Of a DNA stretch of 64,000 nt, positions 9,803 through 18,891 are shown piece after piece. The stretch spans positions 3,936,001-4,000,000 of the forward strand of contig OY761556.1 of assembly GCA_963664705.1 (NCBI GenBank), written 5' to 3'. Under the pieces are notes generated by a model that worked only from the letters and a program-made list of their open reading frames with translations, was not told the DNA's origin and searched no databases. The position numbers and the translations under genes were made by a program. Within the stretch, counting starts at the first letter, position 1. Each line of letters begins with the position of its first letter. Origin of the DNA: Acidobacteriota bacterium. Lineage in GTDB: Bacteria; Acidobacteriota; UBA6911.

Positions 9803-10504
9803 CTATGACGCTGTGGCCCGCATAAATTCAATAATCGCCTCAGCCTGCGTCAGGTCAGGTACCAGCAAATCCGGCTTATGCGACTCAAGATCCTGCAGGC
9901 TGTATCTTGCACTGGCAACAGCAATTACCCTGGCGCCTGCCGCGCGTCCATGAATAATATCCAGTGGCGTATCCCCAATCACAAAAGTAGCCTCAACCCT
10001 GGCTGGGGAGACAAACCGGATCCCTCGCTCAATGCCGATTCGGGTCAGGCTTGTTCGGTTCTCCGCATCGGATCCATATCCGCCAAATTGAAAAAACTGA
10101 TAAAGCCCTGCATTTTCAAGCTTTATTCTGGCTCCCTTTTCGAGGTTTCCCGTCACAAGCCCCATGGCAAAGTCGTCCTGCCGGGAGAGCTGCTCGAGCA
10201 GATCGACTACGCCGGGAAGAATACGAATCAACCCTTCCATCCTTGCCTTGGCCATTTCCTCGCCCAGGAAAGTCAAATAGGAGGAGAAGAGCGCATCCTT
10301 CGTCGTCTCAGACCATTGATGATCCAGGTTAGCGCAAGCCATCAGTTCCCTGGCAATGAGCGGGTCGGTTTTCCCGTCCGGGTTAATGGCTTGGCCATCC
10401 ACGGATACATTGAATAAAAAATCCAGAGCGCGGTAATAAGATCTCATCCCCGCATGCCCTGTGGTTATCAATGTCCCATCTATATCGAAAAGCGCCAGAC
10501 GCAT
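9803..10504 (-). CDS. HAD family hydrolase
   Basis: FDIDGTL, VTGN and IGDTPLD motifs. Confidence 0.9.
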   Translation of the reverse strand: MRLALFDIDGTLITTGHAGMRSYYRALDFLFNVSVDGQAINPDGKTDPLIARELMACANLDHQWSETTKDALFSSYLTFLGEEMAKARMEGLIRILPGVVDLLEQLSRQDDFAMGLVTGNLEKGARIKLENAGLYQFFQFGGYGSDAENRTSLTRIGIERGIRFVSPARVEATFVIGDTPLDIIHGRAAGARVIAVASARYSLQDLESHKPDLLVPDLTQAEAIIEFMRATAS

Positions 10505-10530
10505 AAGAAACCGGGTATCCTTGGTATTGC

Positions 10531-11112
10531 CTATTTCACGACAGCGGCTGATTTCACCACGATGTTTTGCAGCGGAATATTGGAAAACTGCCCCTTATTC
10601 CCGGTTTTCACGGCCGCGATCTTATCCACAACATCCATTCCCTCAAGCACCTTCCCGAAAACCGCATACCCAAAATCAGTCCCGGTGGGATCGAGATGCG
10701 CGTTGTTCTTCAGGTTGATAAAAAACTGAGAAGTGGCACTATCCGGGTTGTCATAGCGGGCCATCGCCAGAGTCCCGCGCAGATTCTTGAGGCCATTCTT
10801 GGATTCGTTCTTGATAGCCGGCAGCGTGGGGCGGCCCATCAGATTCTCGGTATAGCCACCCATGCCTATCACGAAATCAATTCGATGAACGATGGTGCCG
10901 TTGTAGTAGCCAAGATTGACATAATCAAGAAAGTTTTTAACGGTAATGGGGGCTTTTGCGGGGAATAGCTCAACCTTAATAGCGCCCATGGAAGTATCCA
11001 GCAGCACCATAGGGTTCGGCTGTGTCTTCGGTGTTTGCGCAAAACCTGAAAGGACCAGCGCTGCAACGAATAGGATCGACAGGCATGCCGTAAATACTTT
11101 TGCTCGGTTCAT
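10531..11112 (-). CDS. ppiA: Periplasmic cyclophilin-type peptidyl-prolyl isomerase
   Basis: Signal peptide; APITVKNF, GTLAMAR, SATSQFFIN, GYAVFGKV; AGGAGG upstream of ATG 11112. Confidence 0.88.
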   Translation of the reverse strand: MNRAKVFTACLSILFVAALVLSGFAQTPKTQPNPMVLLDTSMGAIKVELFPAKAPITVKNFLDYVNLGYYNGTIVHRIDFVIGMGGYTENLMGRPTLPAIKNESKNGLKNLRGTLAMARYDNPDSATSQFFINLKNNAHLDPTGTDFGYAVFGKVLEGMDVVDKIAAVKTGNKGQFSNIPLQNIVVKSAAVVK

Positions 11113-11350
11113 AGCACTTCCTCCTGTTTTCATGTCCGGGAATTGGGACATGCCGCTCGCAAGGCACTTGCAGGCCAGATCAAAGCGTAAGGACCACGAT
11201 ATAGCCTAATTCGGCACATGCTCCCAGCAGTCTAAACTGAGCGCCAAGGCAGGATAAAGCGGAAAAAATGCAAACCCACGAGTTCCCCCAGTTATTTCGG
11301 AACTATTGCTGCGGGCGGTCAAACCCTCCAACATGCAGTGCTGCGAGAAC

Positions 11351-11391
11351 AAAAAAATGCCAGCCTCATTTGTAGATTTGTGAGGCTGGCA
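11351..11391 (-). terminator. Intrinsic terminator
   Basis: TGCCAGCCTCA/TGAGGCTGGCA 11-bp stem followed by T7 on the minus strand. Confidence 0.75.
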
Positions 11392-11397
11392 GGCGAA

Positions 11398-11832
11398 CTA
11401 ATAGTGGATATGCAGATGAGCTTTTACGATTCGACGTACGCCGGGCTGAATGCCTTCCCACCTGGAACTGGAACTCTTTCGAATCACGATAATTTTCTGG
11501 TCAAGAGTCAGTTCTTCGACTCCAGGCAGATCAAACAGATCCTTCAACAGTCCGTCGTCTGTAACAGGAACCTCAAGCCGGCTATGGTATTGGTGTGATG
11601 TTTCGGTCAGCTTTGTTCCCAGGTAGAACATTCCGACATCCGAAGCCGGGCTGAGGGAATCGGAAACCACTCCGGAATCCGCTTCCTCTTCGACCCCGGT
11701 ATTTCTGGTCCCATAATAGCGAAATACAAAGGTAACCAGGACGACCAGGGCCGCAATGAGGACCAGGAAAAAAAGCAGGTTCGTTACTTCATACTTCTTC
11801 AGGCGTCTTCTTCCGGAACCGGGATTGCTCAA
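11398..11832 (-). CDS. Membrane-anchored NifU N-terminal (Nfu_N)-like domain protein
   Basis: TM helix followed by LFDLPGVEEL...IVIRK...WEGIQPGV pattern. Confidence 0.55.
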   Translation of the reverse strand: MSNPGSGRRRLKKYEVTNLLFFLVLIAALVVLVTFVFRYYGTRNTGVEEEADSGVVSDSLSPASDVGMFYLGTKLTETSHQYHSRLEVPVTDDGLLKDLFDLPGVEELTLDQKIIVIRKSSSSRWEGIQPGVRRIVKAHLHIHY

Positions 11833-11889
11833 TTCCTCTCCAGTGGAGGCGTCTATGCCATGCCCTCCGGTAGAATCACAATTGTACGA

Positions 11890-13125
11890 CTACTCATATC
11901 GCAGACACTCGATTGGATCCAGGTTCGAAGCTTGAACGGCCGGATAAATTCCAAAAATCAGACCGATAAGCGAACTGACTCCGAAGGACAACCCAATGGA
12001 TCCGGTTGTAATGATTGTGCTCCATCCGGAGAAAACAGACACGGCTTTCGAAATACCATAGCCTAGCGCAACTCCTATCAAACCGCCCGCCAGACTAATA
12101 GCAATAGCTTCGGCCATGAACTGCATCCGGATATCGAACTTCTTGGCACCGATGGCACGCCGCAATCCTATCTCATTGGTTCTTTCCAGAACAGAGGCGA
12201 GCATGATGTTCATGATCCCGATGCCGCCGACCAGCAGAGAGATACTGGCAATAGCACCCATTACGACATTGAAGATCCCCTGCGTCCTCTGGTTCTGTTC
12301 CAGGAGCTTTTCAGGGACAACGATTGAGTAATCATCCACATATCGGTGCATAACCGACATGAGATTGTTGATTGTAGAAGCCTGCTCTTTGATATTAGCT
12401 TCTGGGCCGATCTGAACCACAATTTCATTCAGTTCGTTCTCTATTGATTCGGTGTCGAATTTTCTGACCGCGGTAGTAATCGGGATGTAAATATCGTTAT
12501 TCGGATTCTGGACTTTTACTCCTTCGAATTCCTGTTTATCTACGACGGAATCAGCCAGTACCCCGACAACGGTCATCCAGATGTCATTGATTTTGATCTG
12601 TTTGTTCAGCACATCCCCGAAGCCGAACAGTTTCTGCTTGGCCACGATTCCGAGGACGCAGACTTGGGCGTTGGCTTGCTCATCTGACTGAAGGAAAAAA
12701 GACCCCTGCAGCAGTTTCAGATTCTGGATGATCGGATAGGTACTGCTTACGCCAAGAACTCGGCTGTCGCTGCGCGCTTTTTCCGAATTGATCTGATAAG
12801 TCTTGACCAACCGGCTTGCAGAAATGAGCGGTTTCGGCTTCAGAATTGTTCCGAGCGCATCGACATCCCGCAGACTGACTCCGAGTGATTCGGTGCGGAT
12901 CTGCTTCAGCTCTTCGCTTTTGAATTCCTTGGCTTGAATGATGATGTTTCGGATTCCGAAATTTTCGATGATTTTCAGGCTCTCGTGTTCCGCACCGGCA
13001 CCGATCGAAAGCATCGCGATCACGGCACCTACACCGAAGATCATCCCAAGCATGGTCAGAAACGAACGGAGTTTGTGTCGTCCCAGGCTGGCCAAAGCGC
13101 CAATCATTGTCTCTGCTGATATCAT
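11890..13125 (-). CDS. MacB-type ABC transporter permease (no ATPase domain)
   Basis: KLRSFLTMLGMIFGV; ISLLVGGIGIMNIML...ERTNEIGLRRAIGA; YPA...LDPIECLRYE. Confidence 0.93.
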   Translation of the reverse strand: MISAETMIGALASLGRHKLRSFLTMLGMIFGVGAVIAMLSIGAGAEHESLKIIENFGIRNIIIQAKEFKSEELKQIRTESLGVSLRDVDALGTILKPKPLISASRLVKTYQINSEKARSDSRVLGVSSTYPIIQNLKLLQGSFFLQSDEQANAQVCVLGIVAKQKLFGFGDVLNKQIKINDIWMTVVGVLADSVVDKQEFEGVKVQNPNNDIYIPITTAVRKFDTESIENELNEIVVQIGPEANIKEQASTINNLMSVMHRYVDDYSIVVPEKLLEQNQRTQGIFNVVMGAIASISLLVGGIGIMNIMLASVLERTNEIGLRRAIGAKKFDIRMQFMAEAIAISLAGGLIGVALGYGISKAVSVFSGWSTIITTGSIGLSFGVSSLIGLIFGIYPAVQASNLDPIECLRYE

Positions 13126-13199
13126 ATAAAATCTGACCTCATATTCTCAGAAGCAGCTATGTCAGAATCAATCCAATATTTTATGTATGCGCGATCCGG

Positions 13200-14597
13200 C
13201 TAGCGCCCACCCCTCATCATCATCATGCCGCCTCCGGGAGGCATACCGCCCATACGGCCATTTCCACTGGAGGATCCTTTACTGAAATCCGGGAGATAGA
13301 GTTTGCGCTGTTCAAAGGGATTCCTGAGGGCTATAAGGGCGCCATCATCCACTCCGCTCAGGATAACGGCTTCACCGTGTGAACTGAGCCCTGTCTTCAC
13401 ATTTTTCGCAATGAACTTTTCGCCCTTCTTTTCGTAAACCAGACTGTCCCGCTCCTTTTCCCTGACCGTAACCGCGCTCGAAGGAACGACAAAGCAGGAT
13501 TCGTACTTTTCGAGAACGACTTCCCCTCGCAAATTCATGCCGGGCCGGATCCGTTTAAGATCTTTCTCGGCATCCGTGATCGAAACATCGCATGTGAAAT
13601 ATCGAAGGACCGAGTTGCGCTCCAGTGCTCCCGCCACAGTTGCCACGTTGCGCAGCGTGCCGTGGTACTCTTTTTCAGGAATAGCATCCAGCTTAATGAC
13701 GACCGGCTGCCCTTTGGTAAGGCTTCCCCCGTCTCTTTCAAGAACGTAAATTCGGGCTTGGAGGATATCCAGGTTCACAAGCTCGACCAGTGCTTGTCCG
13801 GGCTGGCACTCATCTCCGATTTGCGGCTCCTGCCTGCGGTCTCTCCGGTACAAGACCAGGCCTGATTTGGGGGCTTTCAATTCCAGGGAACTCAATGTAG
13901 TTTGAAGCACCTGAACTTCCGATTGGGCCCTGTTCCGCTCGATTGAGAGAATCTGCTGATCGGACCTTGCAATGCGTTGCTGCGTTTTGGTTTTGCTCTT
14001 CAGAAATTCGATCTTTTCCTTGTCGTAATTCGCATCCGCCTGCGCAGTGATGATATCCCACTTGGAAAAAATCGACTCATCTTCGGGCATTACCGTCACG
14101 TCATAGTCGTATTGCATCTCAGCGGTCTTGCGGTCGATGCCCAGCGTCTTTTCGTCGGTCGTCTGTTTCAGCGTTTTTATGTTGGTGTTTTGCTGATTCG
14201 CCTGAAGGGTATTCTGCTGCTTCTCGAGGCTCAGCTTGGCATCCGTGCTGTCGAACCGGATAACCGTATCCCCTTCGCGCACAAACGTACCTTCTTTGAT
14301 CAGCCAGGATAATTTCAAGCTGCCTGAGGGTGTATTGGGCGTGGGAACCGGCGTGGTTTCGAGTCCGACGACTTCTCCCGTTGACGGAACCGTAAGCAAA
14401 AACGGCTGACGGCTCAATTTTGTCACAGGAATAGGATCGTCCTCGGTAGCGGCCAGAACTTTTGAAAGCTGTGTTGAGATCTTATCTCGGAACTGGAACA
14501 GGCATATTCCGGCAATTATGAGAATAATCAATCCAACAATCCGCCCAACCTTCATCATAGAACCGCGGGGCTTTTTTTCTTCTTCGTGGTATACCAT
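13200..14597 (-). CDS. Membrane-fusion (MacA/HlyD-like) periplasmic adaptor 3
   Basis: TM anchor; EGTFVREGD lipoyl half; coiled coil; LKAPKSG; RPGMN. Confidence 0.88.
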   Translation of the reverse strand: MVYHEEEKKPRGSMMKVGRIVGLIILIIAGICLFQFRDKISTQLSKVLAATEDDPIPVTKLSRQPFLLTVPSTGEVVGLETTPVPTPNTPSGSLKLSWLIKEGTFVREGDTVIRFDSTDAKLSLEKQQNTLQANQQNTNIKTLKQTTDEKTLGIDRKTAEMQYDYDVTVMPEDESIFSKWDIITAQADANYDKEKIEFLKSKTKTQQRIARSDQQILSIERNRAQSEVQVLQTTLSSLELKAPKSGLVLYRRDRRQEPQIGDECQPGQALVELVNLDILQARIYVLERDGGSLTKGQPVVIKLDAIPEKEYHGTLRNVATVAGALERNSVLRYFTCDVSITDAEKDLKRIRPGMNLRGEVVLEKYESCFVVPSSAVTVREKERDSLVYEKKGEKFIAKNVKTGLSSHGEAVILSGVDDGALIALRNPFEQRKLYLPDFSKGSSSGNGRMGGMPPGGGMMMMRGGR

Positions 14598-14615
14598 TTC
14601 GCATCACCTCAGGAC

Positions 14616-15842
14616 TTATGCTTTCGGTTTTACCCGAATTTTTTCGTCGGCGTTCAAACCGGATTCCACCACTGCCGTAAGGCCATCGTTCGTTCGCAGC
14701 TGTATTTCACGCCATTCGAAAGTCTTGGTAGGCTCTCTCCATACCTGAACAAAGGATCGGCCATCTCTTTCCTGAATGCTGGACAGGGGAATGACAACAA
14801 CCTTTGAATATTGCCCGACCTGGATTTGTGCTTTTAAATTCATTCCCGGGCGCAGCTGCTTCATATCTGCGCCTGAAAGCTGCACGTAGGCGTCACAAAT
14901 CTTCTGAGGCCGGTCAAACGATGCCTGCTTCAATATGGATCCAATGCCTACCACTTTACCTGTAAATGTTTTTCCCTGGACTGAATCCACCGTTATGTTT
15001 GCATCGTTACCGATCTTGACTTTCCCGGAGTCGATTTCATCCACGGAGACCCGTGCCCGGATGGTGGACAGATCCGGGATTTCCAGCACTGCATCCATGC
15101 CGAAAACGTTACTGCCGATTGTCTTGGCTTCGTTGTTCCAATCGCGTTTGTAAATCACCACACCGGCTACCGGGGCACGGACGGTATAGGAATCCATAGC
15201 GTCCATCAAACTGTCCATTCGATCCCGGTAGTGCCGCTCGTTGCTGCGGGAAATCTGCAAGTCGTATTGTGAGCTGTTGGTCTGGTATTTAAGCTTCTTC
15301 TCCAGCAACTCAACGTTAGTCTTGGCTGCGTCCCTTTGAATTTTGGTCTGTTCAACCTCAATGCTGCTGATCACTTCTGCCTGCGAAGCCAGCTTCATTT
15401 CCAGTTTCTGGAGGTTTGATTTGGCTTCTTCCAGGCTCAGCCTGAGGTTTTTCAGGTTAATATCGGAATTAGACCGCTTGTTCTGCCGATCTTCCTGTAC
15501 ACGCTGGAAATTTGCGGTTTCATCGCGAAGGCTCCGGGCGATATCCGAAGTATCGAAATCCATCAGGAAATCTCCTTCGGCCACCGAAGTCCCTTCCTCC
15601 ACCATGCGGGTCAGCTTAAACCGCCGCTGGTTTCGAACCTGGGGTGGAGTGATGCTGACGCTGCGTTCGGCCACTAGTGTCCCGGTCGCACTGATGATCA
15701 GAGGAAAATTGACGCGCTGCGCCGTGATCAGATCCTTGTCGCTGATGTTTGCGGAAACATTCGTTGATTTGGCCATCCAATACACGCCGGCGGCGATGAG
15801 CAGTACCAGTACTATAACCGTAATCCATTTCTGCTTTGTCAT
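14616..15842 (-). CDS. Membrane-fusion (MacA/HlyD-like) periplasmic adaptor 2
   Basis: EGTSVAEGD; VRAPVAG; VDEIDSGKVKIG; LRPGMN. Confidence 0.9.
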   Translation of the reverse strand: MTKQKWITVIVLVLLIAAGVYWMAKSTNVSANISDKDLITAQRVNFPLIISATGTLVAERSVSITPPQVRNQRRFKLTRMVEEGTSVAEGDFLMDFDTSDIARSLRDETANFQRVQEDRQNKRSNSDINLKNLRLSLEEAKSNLQKLEMKLASQAEVISSIEVEQTKIQRDAAKTNVELLEKKLKYQTNSSQYDLQISRSNERHYRDRMDSLMDAMDSYTVRAPVAGVVIYKRDWNNEAKTIGSNVFGMDAVLEIPDLSTIRARVSVDEIDSGKVKIGNDANITVDSVQGKTFTGKVVGIGSILKQASFDRPQKICDAYVQLSGADMKQLRPGMNLKAQIQVGQYSKVVVIPLSSIQERDGRSFVQVWREPTKTFEWREIQLRTNDGLTAVVESGLNADEKIRVKPKA

Positions 15843-15854
15843 ATATCCTCCCCG

Positions 15855-17147
15855 CTATCTTTGTACTGGAAGCAGTGATTCGCCTGCCGATACGCCGGAG
15901 ACAACTTGAATAAAGCGATCACCAACAGCTCCGAGCTGAACGAACTGCTGGGCTGCGGTTTTCGGTTCCGTTCCCTTTATAACGTAACTGCGACCCTGGG
16001 TGTCGTATCCAAGGTATTCGCGCGGGATAGCAGGCGTACCTTTTGCCAAAATCAACGGGACTCTGACACGCGCCGTCATTCCCGGCTTCAACTGCTGAAC
16101 ATCAAGCTTGTCCGGCTGAATTACAGCCTGGAAGACCTTCTTTGAAGAGGCGAAGTTCTTTCGGGATGCAACGCTGGTCAACGAAACAACTCTTCCTCCG
16201 ATTTCAACGCCCGGCACCGCATCAAAGCTGATCAGGCAGCGCATATCGGTGAGCAGGGCACCGTATTCCGTGTCATAGACATATCCGACAACCTGCATGC
16301 TCTCGAGATCGGGCAGACTGGCTACTTCCATACCATGGAAAAGCGTGTCGCCGGGCTGGACTTTCCGGTTGTTCTGCCAGTTGTCGCCGTAGATCAGAAT
16401 ACCGTCCTGCGGAGCATCGATTTTTAAGAGGGTCATATCGCTGTTGATCTTCTTTAAATTGATTTCCGCCTGAGACCGGTTGATTTCAACCAGAGACAGT
16501 TGCGATGCGTAGCTTTTTTCGAAGTTATCAAGGCTTTCTTTCGCCTTATCCAGAGCCAACTTCGACTTTTGGAGATTGAGCTGGTACTTCTGATATGTAT
16601 TGCCGGGAAGAAGATCTTTGCTGATCTTTCCATAGAGCTCATCCTGCTTCACCTGCGCTTGCGCCTGAGAAACCGAATTCAGCAGGTCGCAACGCTGGGC
16701 CTCAAGATCGGATTTGGTCTTCTCGATGTTCAGTTGGGCCTCATCAAGGCTCCGTTCGGCTTCCGACTTATTGCTCATCAGGGAGGAATCATCAAATTCG
16801 ACAATCCGATCTCCCTTTTTGATTTGGGATCCCTCGGGGGCAAGGAAGGTCACCATATTGGAAAAACTGCTCCGGATATCCGGTGCGGCAATAGACGTCG
16901 AGCGTGCTGCACGCAATTCACCGGTCAGAATGACTTCCTTCTGAATTGATTCCGTTCCGACTTTATACGCGGCGATTTTATTCACGGGCGCTGCGTCTGA
17001 AACGGGGGGACGATCACTGGCTTTGCCAGTGCTGATACCGGGCCCCTGTGCCGAGGCAGGCTGAAGCTGAATCCCGGCTGCAACGAAAACAAACAGGATG
17101 AGCGCAGCCGCAAAAATCGTGAAGGTGTTATTTTTTTTCTTTGCCAT
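15855..17147 (-). CDS. Membrane-fusion (MacA/HlyD-like) periplasmic adaptor 1
   Basis: EGSQIKKGD; IDAPQDG; LKPGMTA. Confidence 0.9.
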   Translation of the reverse strand: MAKKKNNTFTIFAAALILFVFVAAGIQLQPASAQGPGISTGKASDRPPVSDAAPVNKIAAYKVGTESIQKEVILTGELRAARSTSIAAPDIRSSFSNMVTFLAPEGSQIKKGDRIVEFDDSSLMSNKSEAERSLDEAQLNIEKTKSDLEAQRCDLLNSVSQAQAQVKQDELYGKISKDLLPGNTYQKYQLNLQKSKLALDKAKESLDNFEKSYASQLSLVEINRSQAEINLKKINSDMTLLKIDAPQDGILIYGDNWQNNRKVQPGDTLFHGMEVASLPDLESMQVVGYVYDTEYGALLTDMRCLISFDAVPGVEIGGRVVSLTSVASRKNFASSKKVFQAVIQPDKLDVQQLKPGMTARVRVPLILAKGTPAIPREYLGYDTQGRSYVIKGTEPKTAAQQFVQLGAVGDRFIQVVSGVSAGESLLPVQR

Positions 17148-17177
17148 AGTGCCAGATCTCGCGTTTCAGTTAGTGAA

Positions 17178-18350
17178 TCAAAACTGCCCTCTGGAAAATT
17201 GGGTTGGGGGCGCTTTGAGGGTCTTTACCCATGAAGACCAATTCTCTTCTATCTTCGAGAAATCTTTTCCCAACACGTCGTCCCGAGTGACAAACTCGCG
17301 GCTTTCTTTGCCATCCACAGCCTGCTTGACCAGTTCTCGAACCTTATCAATACCCGCTTTTTCAACGAGAAAGGCAAACAACGTGCTCGCTTGTCCGTCA
17401 AATAGCATTCGATCTTGTTCATCTTTGGGCAGATTTCTTTGGCCGCCGTTGCGGGAACCGCCGTTTCCGCCAAAATTGCCTCCGCCACCAAAGTTGCCGC
17501 CTCCGAAGTTGCCATTGCCCATCCCGCGGCCATTAAACCCGCCTTGAGGCATTCCCTGAGGCATCCCCTGAGGCATCCCTTGAGGCATCCCGCCCCCCTG
17601 TTGTCCACCCTGTCCGCCGCTCATTCCACCGCGACCGCCTGACCCGTTCTGGTCCGAGGAAGATGCGACAAATGGACGAGACATGGCGACGACGTCCTCC
17701 ATGGGAAACGTCTGGTCAAGGTGCTGCTGGAGGTATGTAATATTAAGAGGAGCGCCGCTGGCGTAAGATGCAATCCCTATATCAAGCCAGTCAGGCAGCG
17801 GACTTTTGCCCATGTCATCCAGACGCGAGGACCGGAATTTCAAATCTTTATCCAGCATAGTCTGTAAAACGGCATAAGCAATCTGCTGCGTAACATTTGT
17901 TACCGACTGCTTCTCTGCTTCCGCAAGCATTTCCGGAGGGCGGTTTTTAATGCGGGCAAGAATTTCTGCGGGGATAGCTCCCCCCATTTGGGATTTCATG
18001 CGCGCCATATTTTCCTGAATCCGCACATCCGGTGTCGTAGCGATCAAAGTCCAGCTATAGCCCTTTTTCAGAATCATGGGCTCATAGAGCGAATCTTTCT
18101 GTTCGAGAGTCGAACAGATAAAGATCGCACCTTTCGGCAACTCCGTTCCAAACAGGCTTTTCAGGCGGGCAATTGCCTCAGAAGCCGGTTTTTCATACGG
18201 AGCGATCGTCTGGCGGTTTGAAGCGTAAAAATCAATCCCTGTCACTACTTTGAAGGATACAAATCTTTTAAATGTGACAGTTTGAGCCTGAACGGAACTA
18301 ATTCCGAGCGTTGCGAAGAAAAACAAAGCGGTAATGATAGGTCGAATCAT
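17178..18350 (-). CDS. Secreted protein with a degenerate peptidase MA-like domain and a Gly/Met/Gln/Asn-rich insert
   Basis: Signal peptide (VQA-Q); LPDWLDIGIASY; (GMPQ)4 and GNFGG repeats. Confidence 0.7.
   Translation of the reverse strand: MIRPIITALFFFATLGISSVQAQTVTFKRFVSFKVVTGIDFYASNRQTIAPYEKPASEAIARLKSLFGTELPKGAIFICSTLEQKDSLYEPMILKKGYSWTLIATTPDVRIQENMARMKSQMGGAIPAEILARIKNRPPEMLAEAEKQSVTNVTQQIAYAVLQTMLDKDLKFRSSRLDDMGKSPLPDWLDIGIASYASGAPLNITYLQQHLDQTFPMEDVVAMSRPFVASSSDQNGSGGRGGMSGGQGGQQGGGMPQGMPQGMPQGMPQGGFNGRGMGNGNFGGGNFGGGGNFGGNGGSRNGGQRNLPKDEQDRMLFDGQASTLFAFLVEKAGIDKVRELVKQAVDGKESREFVTRDDVLGKDFSKIEENWSSWVKTLKAPPTQFSRGQF
17544..17591. repeat. 12-bp coding tandem repeat x4 (encodes GMPQ)
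   Basis: YTGAGGCATYCC x4 read directly. Confidence 0.9.
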
Positions 18351-18462
18351 AGCGGGTTACCCTATCTCCTGTGGACAATTCCCTGCTCCTGCAACCCAGA
18401 TACCTCCACGATATCTCAGGCGACATACAAGGGATTACTGCAAAACCCGTTTCGCTGATTAA

Positions 18463-18490
18463 TTACGTCGGAGTAATACCGGTTGTTACA
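18463..18490 (-). promoter_or_regulatory. Putative ECF promoter of the triple-MFP operon
   Basis: TGTAAC-N17-CGTAA; shares TGTAACAAC with the motif upstream of the sigma gene. Confidence 0.55.
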
Positions 18491-18649
18491 ATCAAGTACA
18501 CTGCGCTGAGCAATTGCAGTCGCATCATCATGGCAAAGGTTTGCCATTTGTGCTACGGAATTCGTCCATCTATCGGTAAACTACCCTGTTCCCGAACGCA
18601 ATCCCGCTTGAAAGCCAATATTTGCAGGTTTTGGGGATTTTGGGAAAGG

Positions 18650-18725
18650 TGGAGGCGCCGAGCGGATTCGAACCGCTGCATCGAGGTTTTGCAGACCTCT
18701 CCCTTAGCCACTTGGGTACGGCGCC
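18650..18725 (-). tRNA. tRNA-Cys (GCA)
   Basis: GGCGCCG acceptor stem, GAGGT-CTGCAAA-ACCTC anticodon arm, GGTTCGAATCC T arm, U73 discriminator and encoded CCA; 76 nt. Confidence 0.97.
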
Positions 18726-18754
18726 ACTGCGCAACTTCTGCGTGAGCGGTTTCT

Positions 18755-18783
18755 ATTGTATTGGATGGGACGAAAAGGTGCAA
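18755..18783 (-). promoter_or_regulatory. Sigma70-type promoter for tRNA-Cys
   Basis: TTGCAC-N17-TACAAT. Confidence 0.6.
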
Positions 18784-18891
18784 GCGTCCCGCTCAAGAGA
18801 ACCCTCGCGCAAAAGCAGTCGCCAGGACTGATCCTGTTTCAGGTTTATTGCATCCTGTATCCTGTATCTGAATCTTGGAAACGAGGCATCT

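Noticed and set aside
18531-18544. Sigma54 promoter TGGCA...TTGC
   Set aside because: GG-to-GC spacing is 9 nt rather than the required 10
18371-18783. Short ORFs spanning the tRNA
   Set aside because: Explained by tRNA-Cys and promoter DNA
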